Positions 1 through 11,358 of a stretch of 51,433 nucleotides of DNA are shown piece by piece. Source of the DNA: Girardia tigrina. Its lineage: Eukaryota. Position 1 is the first letter of the stretch; the number at the start of each line of letters is the position of its first letter. The DNA is taken from positions 1-51,433 of the forward strand of contig MQRK01235633.1 in assembly GCA_001938485.1 (NCBI GenBank), written 5' to 3'. A model generated the notes under the pieces. The model was not told where the DNA came from, made no database searches, and was given only the letters and a program-made list of their open reading frames with translations. The translations under genes and the position numbers were made by a program.

Positions 1-575
1 CACTGTGCAGTGATCAATTAGCACTTTTTTCTACGGTCCTTAGTTACGGGGTCACGGTTGCTATGGAGTTGGGAACCGTTACCATGGTTACAACCGCCTT
101 GGATCAGTGTATCCGTTGCCAATGAGAAACGTCCCTTGGTTACCGTTACCCTGGGAACCATGACATTGGTTAACGTCACCAAGTGAACCGGAACGGTTGC
201 TATGGTAACCGCGACCGTTGCTATGGCGATCGCGACCGTTGCTAGGGAACCGTCGACCAATCAGAAGCGTTTCTAAGGTGATCGCGACCGTTGCTATGGT
301 AATCGCGACCGTTGCTANNNNNNTCGCGACCGTTGCTAGGGAACCGTCGACCAATCAGAAGCGTTGCCAAGGTGATCGCGACCGTTGCTAGGGAACCGGG
401 CGGCCAATCAGAAGCGTTGCCAAGGTGATCGCGACCGTTGCCATGGTAACCGCGACCGTTGCTATGGTGATCGCGACCGTTGCCATGGTAACCGCAACCG
501 TAGCCATGGCAACCACGGTAACTAGTTACGACCCCCCCCGGGGGGGTGGTCCAGAACTCTCATTTTTCCCCTACT
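1..575. repeat. GC-rich degenerate tandem array (~21-bp core cgcgaccGTTGCYATGGTAAC plus CCAATCAG-containing units); possible terminus of a large DNA element
   Basis: Repeated gttgctatggtaac/gttgccatggtaac/gttgctagggaac units; ccaatcagaagcgtt at ~257, 351, 404; C/G-run palindrome at ~532-546; sharp switch to AT-rich DNA after ctact at 575. Confidence 0.85.
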
Positions 576-719
576 CATATAATTAATTATACAATCAGTA
601 TTTTGTGAAAACTTATTGTTTGTTGAATATTAAGTTTGTTTAACAATCCATTTTTATTTAAACAAAAAATGTAGTATAAATAATTTAAAAATAAATAAAT
701 TTAAATAGTCTATTATATT

Positions 720-1916
720 TTAATTTTGTATTAACAACTGATTATATTTACCTGTTGGACTTTTACTGAATTTTTTTTGTTTATCTGGTTCTCCTTTGTT
801 CTTAAAATTATTAGGACTGATAGAACTTATTCCACTTGGACTTTTACTGGCAGAATTTTTACTCATATGACTTTTACTTGGATTTCGTTGCCTATTATCT
901 GGAATCATATACATTGGATCGACACGTATATCATACGGCATGAATTCATTTGGATGAAAACTTTCAAAAACATCTAAATTTCCTAGTAATGTTTTCATTT
1001 TATGCTTTTTATCAAATATCATAACATCATGCAATGTTTCACCATAACGATTTATTGCGACTTTCTTCAGAGATTTTCCATCATTAACCTTTATTTTTTT
1101 ATCGAATATGGGTTTTAGACTTTTCGGTGTCGGAGAACCTGGCCTTGATGGTGTTAAAGATTTGCCACCTAAATCCAAACTTAAACGAGAATCTTTCTTG
1201 ACAGGCGTCGATTGAAGTTTGTTAGTGTTATCGAAATCAACTGATAATGTTCCAAATGATTTAGATGAAGATTTGGATTTTTCAAGCTTTATAAACTCTG
1301 ATGGTAGAGGGCTCATGCTCTTCCCTTGTTGATAAATTACATCACCTTTATTTAATGTCTTTGAAGGTGCTCTGAAAATATCATTCTTAGGTGATTTTGA
1401 TAATTCATCTTTTTTATTTCCCTTTCCTGGAACGCAGAGCCAGGAGCATTTTTTATTGTTGTTTTCTTCATTATCCTCATTTAACTTATCATTTTCTATG
1501 CATGTTTGAATAATCAGTGGAGATTTTCCAGGTGTGTTTTGTTGATTTCTACTTGTTACACTGGATGAGGGAGTTCTTATCGGTTGAGACATAACATTAT
1601 CGCTTTTGGAGACTTCTTTGGACATGTATTTTGGTGTTTCAATCGATTCAACCAAATTCTTTTTCACTGGTCTCACTGATATAGATCTCCGAGAACGAGC
1701 TCTTTGTCGAGTCGGTTTTGCGGGTTGAAAACAACTAAAAAAACACATTCCCCGTCTACAAGAATTCGATCGTTTTTTGTTACGTTTTAATGAGATGTCT
1801 TTATTTACTTTTCCATTGTTTTTTTGATCTAAGCCACAGTTATTCAAAAGAAATTCTTCGTTGATTTTGCTCTCACTTTTTTCCGTTTCTACATTCATTT
1901 CGACTTCAAACAGCAT
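720..1916 (-). CDS. Hypothetical 398-aa Ser/Lys/Pro-rich, probably disordered protein
   Basis: Uninterrupted 1.2-kb ORF in very AT-rich DNA; many SP/TP sites; two Cys clusters (MCFFSCF, KCSWLC); no recognisable domain. Confidence 0.65.
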   Translation of the reverse strand: MLFEVEMNVETEKSESKINEEFLLNNCGLDQKNNGKVNKDISLKRNKKRSNSCRRGMCFFSCFQPAKPTRQRARSRRSISVRPVKKNLVESIETPKYMSKEVSKSDNVMSQPIRTPSSSVTSRNQQNTPGKSPLIIQTCIENDKLNEDNEENNNKKCSWLCVPGKGNKKDELSKSPKNDIFRAPSKTLNKGDVIYQQGKSMSPLPSEFIKLEKSKSSSKSFGTLSVDFDNTNKLQSTPVKKDSRLSLDLGGKSLTPSRPGSPTPKSLKPIFDKKIKVNDGKSLKKVAINRYGETLHDVMIFDKKHKMKTLLGNLDVFESFHPNEFMPYDIRVDPMYMIPDNRQRNPSKSHMSKNSASKSPSGISSISPNNFKNKGEPDKQKKFSKSPTGKYNQLLIQN

Positions 1917-2289
1917 TCTTTAGGTTTTATCTTGTCAGCACATCGGTTTGCATATTATTGATGATTCCAAACGAAAGAAGAATGTTATTAAGATTTCGAA
2001 TTCAACATTATCATTTAAATCAACTTCATTGATCGCTTTGGAATATTTTTTCATTATAAAAAATCAATAAATAAATAGCCTTCTGACTCTACTTAGTTTA
2101 TTAAAAGCAAAACAAATATAAATAAGTAATAATTATTGGTAAATGATATACAAAATTGAAGAATATTATATAAAGAATTTGGATCATAGATAGAATTAGT
2201 ATGAAACAAATTGTATATTAAAAATAAAATATAGTGAGCTACTATGAAATTATCAGTAAATAGAGTCAAAATTATATGAATGTCAGGCA

Positions 2290-2585
2290 AACTAAAATCA
2301 AAAAATTAAATTTTTTTATATCCATTCTTTATGCAGATAGAACTCTACTTTGCCAACGAAGTATTTAAAATTTAAAAAATTTTAATTAAAAAAAACAATA
2401 AAAAATTAATATAAACTACTTATAATTTATAAGTAGATCTTTTTCAATTAATATTGTTCTGGAACTCCGAATTTTCCGTTTTTTTTCCATTTTGGGACGT
2501 TAAAAAGTTTTTTTTATCAAATTTTCATATAATCATTTATTGTCATCGAGAATGAGTAAGTGTAACAAGTTTGAAGAAAATTTTG
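2290..2585 (-). mobile_element. Non-autonomous interspersed repeat, probably Helitron-related (copy 1)
   Basis: Reverse complement aligns by eye with 12168-12445 and 27075-27273; copy 3 ends in CTAG|T. Confidence 0.7.
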
Positions 2586-3065
2586 ACAAAATTTCAAGTT
2601 GAAATATGTAAAGATATCCTGGGATAAACATTGAATGCTCAAAGCTATGGTCGCTGTGTAGAGCATCTTTGACTTGTGTGCGAGATTAATGTTATTAACC
2701 GGCTACTGGTGCATCTGCCGTGACTGTGTCGGTAAGATTTGTCGTCACCGCATTTGACATCAGTGGGTTATATGGACCGGTATTGTGTTTATGCCATGTC
2801 GAGTTGGAATATTTGATATTCGATACTATGCACATTTTGGTTAGATTTTTTATAGTTGTACCTGAAAGATGTAATTTGTTTTTAATCAGATTCTCATTAT
2901 CAGCGGGCCTAGATCCTAAACAGCCTACAAAAATTGCTCCTAATATTACAGTCCATCCTTTATGAGCCGCCTTTGCTTCAGTTAGCAGACTTTTATATTT
3001 CTTTTTGTTGTTATCTCTGGCATCTTTAAGTACTTTGATTGTGTCGTAAGGGGTTTTTATATCTA

Positions 3066-4802
3066 TTGGCTTGGTCAAAAAGTTATTGCGTTTTTGAGTA
3101 CGTCCTAATAAAAAGCTTGAAAATATAAAACGATGTGATAAAATTTAAATTCAAACCTTAATTTTCAGACTATGTTTATACAAAATATTAATTGATTTTG
3201 TTTTAATTTATTACTTAACCGTCAATTCGAAATGGAAAATCAAAATGAGCATATTCATCATGCTTTGTTGCATTATTTTTGCAAAGGAAAAACCGCTGTG
3301 CAAACTCATAAGAAGATATGTTTTGTATATGGTAGTGACTCCTTAAAACTTCGACTGTATCAATACTGGTTTTCAAAATTTCGTTCTGAAAAATTTCATC
3401 TGAAAGATGCACCACGCTCCGGTCGACCAGTTGAAGTTGATGGCGAAAAAATAACAGCACTAATCAAATCTAATCCACATATGACGACATGAGAAGTTGC
3501 AGAGACTCTGGAAATATCAAAATCAAGTGTTGAAAGTCATTTAAAAAAACTTGGATTCGTCAGTAACTCGATATGTGGTTACCACATTAACTGAAAGAAA
3601 TTCATTTGGTGAAATGTATAGACATTTGCGATTCCCTTTTGAAGCGAGAACAAAGTGATCCATTTTTGAAGCGCTTGATTACGGGTGACGAAAAATGGAT
3701 TGTTTACAACAATGTGGAACGCCGATGATCATGGACAAAACGTGGTGAGCCTGACAAAACGATCCCAAAAGCAGAAATTCACCAAAAGAAGGTTATGCTT
3801 TCCGTCTGGTGGGATTTTAAAGGAATTGTGTTTTTTGAACTCCTTCCGAGAAATGAAACCATCAATTCATACAGATATTGTGGCCTGCTGGAGAAATTGG
3901 CTCATTCAATTCAACAGGAATGTCCTGAATTGGCAAATCGAAAAGGAGTTGTAATTCAGCAGGATAACGCAAGACCGCATACAAGTTTGACCACTCGCCA
4001 GAAACTCTTATCACTGGGTTGGGAGGTTTTGCCGAACCCACCGTATTCTCCAGACTTGGCCCCATCGGATTTTCACTTATTTAGATCACTGCAGAATTCC
4101 TTAAACAGAAAAACATTCGCCAGTGATGATGACATCAAATCGTTCCTAGACTGCTTTTTTGCTGACAAAGGCAAAAGTTTTTAAGAATCAGGAATAATGA
4201 AGCTACCGGAAAGGTGGAAGAAAGTGATTGAAAATAATGGACAGTGTTAAGAGAACTCACACATTTGACAGAACATTTATTACATTCACATTTCTTATCA
4301 TCTTTATGATGATTAATAGTATTGCTTTCACTTAGATCCATCAATCAATTTTCAATATCTCCCATCATAATCTGAACTATACTTGAGCAGACCCCTTTAT
4401 TTAAAAATATTTAATTTAAATTTTATTGGTTGAAATAAAATATTTTTATAGTCATTTTTAAACATTAATTTGATTTTAATTATTTAAAAATTTACAAGAA
4501 TAAAATCATTAAAATTATTTAAAAGTTGCAATAATAAAAATTAAAAATTTGAATATTAAATCTAAATTTAAATAAATTAGTTTCAGATTATAAGAAATTA
4601 AATATTGATAATCCATCTGGTTAGGAGAGGCATAATCCCAAATCAACATAGAACATTTAAACATGCAAAAACTACACAAAAACTTCCACACACCAAATAT
4701 TCCTCACAGACAGTATATCGTGTAAAAATATTTGTGCATCCATGTCATTTTTTGATAATTAATATTTTAGTAAAAAACGCAATGACTTTTTGGCCAACCC
4801 AA
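3066..4802 (+). mobile_element. Full-length defective mariner (DD34D) transposon with ~30-bp TIRs and TA target duplication
   Basis: TIRs ttggcttggtcaaaaagttattgcgttttt / aaaaacgcaatgactttttggccaacccaa; TA at 3064-3065 and 4803-4804; motifs RSGRP, TGDEKW, QQDNARPH, YSPDLAPSD; internal stops and frameshifts. Confidence 0.95.
4245..4708. mobile_element. Solo LTR (464 bp) inserted in the mariner transposase 3' end
   Basis: TGT...ACA termini; 5-bp duplication GACAG at 4240-4244 and 4709-4713; removal restores WKKVIENNGQYIV*. Confidence 0.85.
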
Positions 4803-5420
4803 TATAAGCCAGAGTTCTTTGGTTCCATGGTTAAAAACTTGTAAATCAACCCGGCTTCCCGACACAGACCAATCACATTCTCGATTTATGATGATTTTGA
4901 AAATTGGTTTCTCTGCAAGTAAAGCATCTGTGACGATTTCTGCGATTGCATTATGTCTCGCCTGTATCAGAGTGCTGTTGGGTTTACACCAACATAGAAC
5001 ATGGATCTGTGTTTCTATATCTTGATCACATGCTCTGCATATCGATTGTTGTCTTGGTTTTTTCGGCTTATAATTGGTTGGTAAACTATTAGTCCTTGCG
5101 CTGTGTAAAAAGCGCCATTCCTCGATGGATAGTGACTCGTTGTAAAGTACTTTGGAGCTGAAGTTGTGTTCTGCCAATGAGATGGCTGACATTCCAGCCA
5201 TCCTTTGTTTGCTCCATTTGTCAAATTTCATTTTGTTATAGATTCTGTGCAAGTGGAAAGTTATATTGTCAATTGAATGTTCACTTAGTATCATGGAGTC
5301 ATTGGATATGTGAACTTTTAAACAAATACCTAGCTTTTTGGTGACAAATTGAATTTGTAACCCAATGCCTGTAAATGTACATTTGTTTTTTGGTATGAGT
5401 CTGACAACCTTTTGTTCTTA

Positions 5421-6192
5421 TGTAATTTATATTTTTCTTTTCTTTCGTGATAAAAAACATTCAGTTTTATCTAATGTGATACTTTCAAATTTTAAATGCA
5501 TTTCTGTTATACATTAGTGTTAGATCTTTTTCTGGTGAAATTTGCAGATTATTTTATTTTATTTTTTTGTATTTTTATTTTTTCATTTTCGATCAAAATG
5601 AGAAGATTATTTTATTCGAAATCAAGAAGAAGAAGAAGAAGAAAGAAAAAGATCGAGGAAGAAGGAAAGAAACTTAATTATATATCAAGGAATTATTATT
5701 GAAATGATAATTGCAATTTGAATAAAATTAAAATTGCAAATCAATATACAGTAAATAATACTAACAAGCAATTGCTTGTCGACAATTCCCAGCTATTGCT
5801 TGCCAACAATTCTCAACAATTGCTTGTCAAAAATTCCCAACAATCACTTGCCGACGATTCTCAACAATTGCTTGCCGACAATTCTCAACTGGAATAATTG
5901 AACTACCAATTTTCCATCAACATTCCGAACTTTCTGTAATCGTTTTTGTGAGTAATTGTTATGACAATTATATCATTCAAATCGTTGAGATTAAGACTTT
6001 TGTTTTAATTGAAAATCGTTAACTATTATTGCGTTCTTCTGCACAACTAAGCTTATTAAAAAAAAGAATTTCTTTGTGATCAACTTAGTTTAGGAATGGT
6101 GTAAACAAAAGTTAGTAAATCATTTTTTTTGTTTTGTAAAAGTAACTAAATTATCTCATATCCGTTAGTTGATGAGAGTTGTTACTTTTACA
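5421..6192. mobile_element. 772-bp insertion with TGTAA...TTACA ends (solo-LTR-like)
   Basis: Interrupts non-LTR coding sequence; 5-bp inverted termini; no clean TSD outside the TG/CA. Confidence 0.5.
5765..5890. repeat. ~21-bp minisatellite (caattgcttgccgacaattct), about 5-6 copies
   Basis: Directly visible tandem units. Confidence 0.85.
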
Positions 6193-8700
6193 ATGTCTTT
6201 CAGGTATTTGAGTGAATTCCGAATCTTGGTCCATCAAGATTTAAATCCATTCTCTTTGTCACTTGTGTTGATCCAGTTTAGGCAATCAGAGAGTGTCCAT
6301 TCTTTTTTAGTATCGTGATATCTGTCTAGGGTGTTGAATAAATTTATAAAGGTGAGATAACGCGATGTTTCGTCACAGCACACCATGTTCCTGTACGCTT
6401 GAATTATAGATTGTATTGCGTATTCATCTCGGGCAGAGACTAAGCCTTAAACACCCTTTTTCTTGTCAGCATAAATGTAGTCATTGGATGAATTTGGGAA
6501 TGTTCCACAAATCTTCTTCAAGTAACGACGAATTTCCACGTCAATGCCACTTTTAAAGATAGATTTCGTGGTTTCGTGGTGGCCATAATCCGTAAGTTCC
6601 CTGTTTGGTATATTATAATTTCGAAAATAGAAGTTGAATCGTGAGTGTATAAAGATTCTATACGCTTCTATTTTCTTCCAGGGAAATAGTATTGATTTGG
6701 TTATTTTTTCAAATCTTTAATAGCTGATAGAAATAGACATTCAGGAGTGAATTTTGTCTTTCTGGTAAAGTCTACTCCGAGATAACGGTAACCTCCTTCA
6801 TCTGTGTCTATAGGTATTGGTTTGTTATTAATATGGATTGATTCATTCATAGGAGGAGTTGATAAATATCCACATTTGGCTGGGTTGAACTTCGTAGAAG
6901 TCCATTCAACCATGTCACATGCAGATGAAACCATGGCTTGTAAACAAGAGTTGCTAGTTGCAACTAGTGCAATATCATCTGCATAAGCCAGACAAGTAAT
7001 CTTTCCAGCCTCGGTGTCAATACCAAAAGCATCATTATCTTGTAGTACAGCCAAAATTGGATCAATGCCAACGCTGAACAACAGTATTGAAAGCAGACAT
7101 CCTCGTCTAACCGCCCTCCTGATTGATATGTCTTCAGTCTTACAATCATATGATTAATATATGATTAACTAGTGCGCTCGGCCCGCTTCGCGGCCCTCTC
7201 TTGCCGGGGGTTCAATTTTTTTTATATTATAAAAGCCCAAGTCACTCACTGCCTGCCTCACTGCCTCACTAATGCTGTAAGGNNNNNNNNNNNNNNNNNN
7301 NNNNNNNNNNNNNNNNNNNNNNNNNNNNNNNNNNNNNNNNNNNNNNNNNNNNNNNNNNNNNNNNNNNNNNNNNNNNNNNNNNNNNNNNNNNNNNNNNNNN
7401 NNNNNNNNNNNNNNNNNNNNNNNNNNNNNNNNNNNNNNNNNNNNNNNNNNNNNNNNNNNNNNNNNNNNNNNNNNNNNNNNNNNNNNNNNNNNNNNNNNNN
7501 NNNNNNNNNNNNNNNNNNNNNNNNNNNNNNNNNNNNNNNNNNNNNNNNNNNNNNNNNNNNNNNNNNNNNNNNNNNNNNNNNNNNNNNNNNNNNNNNNNNN
7601 NNNNNNNNNNNNNNNNNNNNNNNNNNNNNNNNNNNNNNNNNNNNNNNNNNNNNNNNNNNNNNNNNNNNNNNNNNNNNNNNNNNNNNNNNNNNNNNNNNNN
7701 NNNNNNNNNNNNNNNNNNNNNNNNNNNNNNNNNNNNNNNNNNNNNNNNNNNNNNNNNNNNNNNNNNNNNNNNNNNNNNNNNNNNNNNNNNNNNNNNNNNN
7801 NNNNNNNNNNNNNNNNNNNNNNNNNNNNNNNNNNNNNNNNNNNNNNNNNNNNNNNNNNNNNNNNNNNNNNNNNNNNNNNNNNNNNNNNNNNNNNNNNNNN
7901 NNNNNNNNNNNNNNNNNNNNNNNNNNNNNNNNNNNNNNNNNNNNNNNNNNNNAATTGATATTTTTTCACATTTATTTTTCAACAAATAATACTATTATTA
8001 CGTCAACAATTATTACGTCAGCGTTAGTGAAGCAGGCAGTGAGTGACTTGGGCTTTTATAATATAGATTGGAATGCTGCCAAACGCATCAGTTAGATCGA
8101 GGAATGCAATTTGAAGATGTTGATATTCCTCCAGTAAAATTATCATAACGTTATTGTGTTCAGCGCACTCGTCCGATGGTCAAATGTCTTTTTGGGACTT
8201 TGAAATTAAATTGTTCTTCACCAGCCATTGTTCCAGTTGAGCGAATAGGCAAGATGTGAACAACTTGGCAATGCATTCCATCAGGGCTATTGGTCTCCAT
8301 GATCATATATCTTTGTAATTTCCTGACTTACCGGGTTTAGGTATCATTAGAGTTAGGAATTTCTTGATTTCTTGGAATGATTCCCGTATCAATGATTTTG
8401 TTGAATAATGTGGCCAGAAATTGACAACCCGGGTCGCAATAGTCAATATCTGCATAACCAATGTTTGATATACCTGGACTAGTATTTTTGGTGTTCTTGA
8501 GTATGTTGGCAATCTCTTCTGGAGTAACATGCTGAAATTGAAATTTTGGGCCAGGTTTGATGTTTTTTGCATTGCTCAAGTCTGTTTCAGGAGGATAGTC
8601 GCTTTTTGATTCGGCATAAATTGTAAGAGATTCCAAAGATAGCTCTCCATCAACAGTAGTGTCACTTAAAATTATTTCCATGGCCTTTTTCGGTTTTATT
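6193..8700 (-). pseudogene. Reverse transcriptase/thumb region of the RLE non-LTR element (disrupted)
   Basis: TPEEI..KNTSPG, LDLTDAFGSIP (8069-8101), YADD, YRYLG. Confidence 0.9.
7169..8067 (-). mobile_element. Non-autonomous Helitron-type element spanning an assembly gap
   Basis: Minus strand starts A|TCtatattataaaa at 8067 and ends with GC hairpin ggccgcgaagcgggcc then CTAG|T at 7169; no TSD. Confidence 0.75.
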
Positions 8701-8916
8701 TTAAAGTAATGTCGTAGATTTACATCCGTTTTTTTCTAATGTTCCTGATGTTTCTTGATGCATTGAGATTTTTAACCCTTTTAACTCTTGCTTACAAAAT
8801 GTAGTCGGTAGTGAGTGAGTCCAATTCTTCAGTACTTTTGTGGAGTTAGCCACTATTATCTCTGAGATTTTTGATTCGCAATTTTCTGTTATTCTTTTCT
8901 TTAATAGCTTTTCTTG

Positions 8917-10060
8917 TCATCTATTTTTTTGAACTTTCTTTTTAGTGATGTTGTAAATTATTTCTCGTACAACATTGTTAAGGGGGTTGTTGTGATGCAA
9001 TTGCCATATAGAGTTGGCAATCCAGTATCCACTCTCTGCAAATTTTTGTGAAGTTGGCAAATCATTGGATTGTTTCAAGATCCAACCCTCACCTCCTAAT
9101 CGAAAGAAGGAAAGAAGATTAGCATTGAGGCTGTTGATTGCCAGTTCTTGTTCCAGTGTTAGGGATTTCATGACATTATAAACGATGGTAATTTTGTTGT
9201 TAAAATCAAAAACTACTAGAATCCATTGCAAGTCTGATATACATAACGGGCAAAAAACTTTATCTATATTTATAAATATTTTATATGATATATTACTTTT
9301 CATATATGATTCATTATTTTTGGCAATTTGATAAGTGGCTTGTGTAGATAAGGTAAGCCACTTATTATTAGGCGGTAATATATCAATAAGATTCGACATT
9401 TGGAAATATTCAAATCGTCGGAGGTTCATAATTTTTTCCCTTTTGGTATTATATACATTAACTTTCTGTTGACTTATTTTTTTAGAATAAACTTTTGTTT
9501 TAGATATCTCAGTGACTGAAATGTCCACCACCCCTAGTTCTTCCCGCAGGACGATCCGATACATGAGGGCGCAGCTGATGACAGCGTTTTCGGGTATTTT
9601 CTATGTTTATTTCAAAGAGGGGGTTGATTGTTTCGTTTATTATTTTTTCTATAAAGCCGCAGACAAAAAGACCACAGTCATTATTGTTCATCTGCTGCTC
9701 ACATTCGGGGAACTTCAGTGGGAGCGGCACTCTATAGGGTTTATTTTTTCTGTCTGTGACGACTTCCTTTATGGCAGTAAGGAGTGGGCCACTAGAGCTA
9801 TGACTATCTTTTCACATTGCAAGTTACTCAGTGAATTGTAGATATACGCATGTTCCGGCGTGCAGCACAGAGCAAGCCAATGTGTGTTGTTGTGATCGAT
9901 TGGAACTACACATTAATCTGTTTGTTTTGTATTAAAGCTAGTAAAGACCGAATTTAAATCGTCCTCTCCATGAAACAACCTAGTTGCGACAAAATCGGGC
10001 AGAACCAGAGACTTTTTTGAGAAGCTGATGTGCTCCAAGAAGGTATTCATATCATCGTTG
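8917..10060 (-). pseudogene. Ulp1/C48-like cysteine protease domain followed by a second degenerate Ulp1-like domain
   Basis: VPIDHNNTHWLAL...YIYNSL (~9830-9910) and QQMNNNDCGLFVC; second: FCPLCISDLQWILVVFD..IVYN..PTSQKFAESGYW. Confidence 0.7.
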
Positions 10061-10646
10061 TCGAATCAATATTACGGATCTGGCTGCCTATCTGCATCTT
10101 CAATAACAGTCAAAGCTGCAGGGCCATCCCGTCAAATTTTTTTGTTAGTTTTTTTACATATTTTTATTTTTTGGATCCACAAATCGCGAAGACACGCTGG
10201 AAGCATCCGAGAATAAGTCACTATCACTGTCATTAGCAATGTTCTCTTTTGTTAGGTCGGCCGCTGACACGGTAGATATAAGTCCTAGACTATCATCAAG
10301 GTCAACCGGATTGGCAAATTTGGCGACGACAGTTACTTGACTCTCGGTCCTTCCTGTAGTCGTAGCAGCATTGTCACATTTACCAGCAACAGTCGGCAGA
10401 ACCAATCTGGTTGCATCACTAGACATAGAGTCAATTGTTTTTTTATATCATCATTGCTGGTGATGCAAGAGCGGGCGCAGCGGTTTTGTGGCTGCGGCGC
10501 ACCGGCGGTGGGGCGCGAGCGTCAGGTCGGGGGGAGTAAAAAATTTGAATCTCACGTTTTCCCAACCGATGCACCAGGCTATATGTCGATGGATTGATTA
10601 AAGCTTTCTGGTTACTGATTTTCGTTTGAGACTATTTTGATTCTAT

Positions 10647-11196
10647 TTACAACGGAGAAAGTGAATTGATCAATACTGACGGATGCGAGTTATGGTTGGC
10701 GCTCGTTGTACTTTTAAACAATTCATTTTTATCAATCTGACGTGAATATTTCTCTACGTGAACGTTTTCTTCATATTTCTGACGTGCCGATTCGAGCATC
10801 AAATAAATCTTATTGTCACCGGCAATGGGAGAACTTAAATCGGATTTATTATTGAGACCAGAGAAATCTGAAGCTTTGATTGATTCATTTTTCAATTCAT
10901 TAACGATTACGTTAATAATTGTGCACATTCGATCACACTCAGTTTTAGTAAGGAACAAAATCGTCCGAATAATGCCCTTTCCTCTGTAGTGAACAGGACT
11001 CTCTGTCGACCGAGTCAGTTGACTGTCATTGTTGTGGAATACAAACAACTGCTGACAATGCGCCACGTTGAAAAATTATCTCAATTTTTTTCATGTATTG
11101 ATCATTTTTAAAAACAGATTTTAACTCATCGATTTTCACTTTCAAAGAATGTTGGATTCTATTCTCAATCCACGATAATCGATAGTCGTTATCCAT
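10647..11196 (-). pseudogene. Frameshifted coding-like segment, tentatively resembling an axonemal dynein heavy chain N-terminus
   Basis: MDNDYRLSWIENRIQHSLKVK... then, after one frameshift, QQLFVFHNNDSQL..STESP..RGKG..LFLTK; resemblance from memory only. Confidence 0.3.
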
Positions 11197-11358
11197 AAAA
11201 GTTGACGAAAACTCTAAAACAGAAAAAAATAAAAACGATTCGTAAATGATGTTTATTATTTCTTCAGGAATACAAAACGAAATGGCCGCTCGACGATTTT
11301 TCAAAAAAAATTCTTGCGCCAAAACTTTCATTGATCTTATTGACAAAAGAAATACAAT

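Larger units (their letters stand above)
2695..5294 (-). pseudogene. CCHC zinc knuckle + RLE endonuclease of the non-LTR element, split by the mariner
   Basis: Removing 3066-4804 restores in-frame TGG CTT ATA GAT ATA AAA ACC (ELWLI-DIKTPYD). Confidence 0.9.
2600..10600 (-). mobile_element. Decayed RLE-type non-LTR retrotransposon (NeSL/LIN/Utopia-like): Ulp1-like protease(s) - RT - CCHC - restriction-like endonuclease
   Basis: Colinear minus-strand motifs: HWLAL..YNSL and QQMNNNDCGLF; LDLTDAFGSIP; AVRRGCLLSILLF; LAYADDI; KFNPAKC; YRYLGV; CRAC..ETQIHVLCWC; RHNAI; RVDL..LIDIKTPY..KKKY. Ends approximate. Confidence 0.9.

Noticed and set aside
18-354. ORFs with ATVA repeats
   Set aside because: Translation of the 21-bp repeat; no evidence of coding
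180-520. CRISPR-like appearance of the palindromic repeats
   Set aside because: No unique spacers, no cas genes, eukaryotic context
7169-8095. Long ORFs in the ORF track
   Set aside because: Artefacts of the N gap
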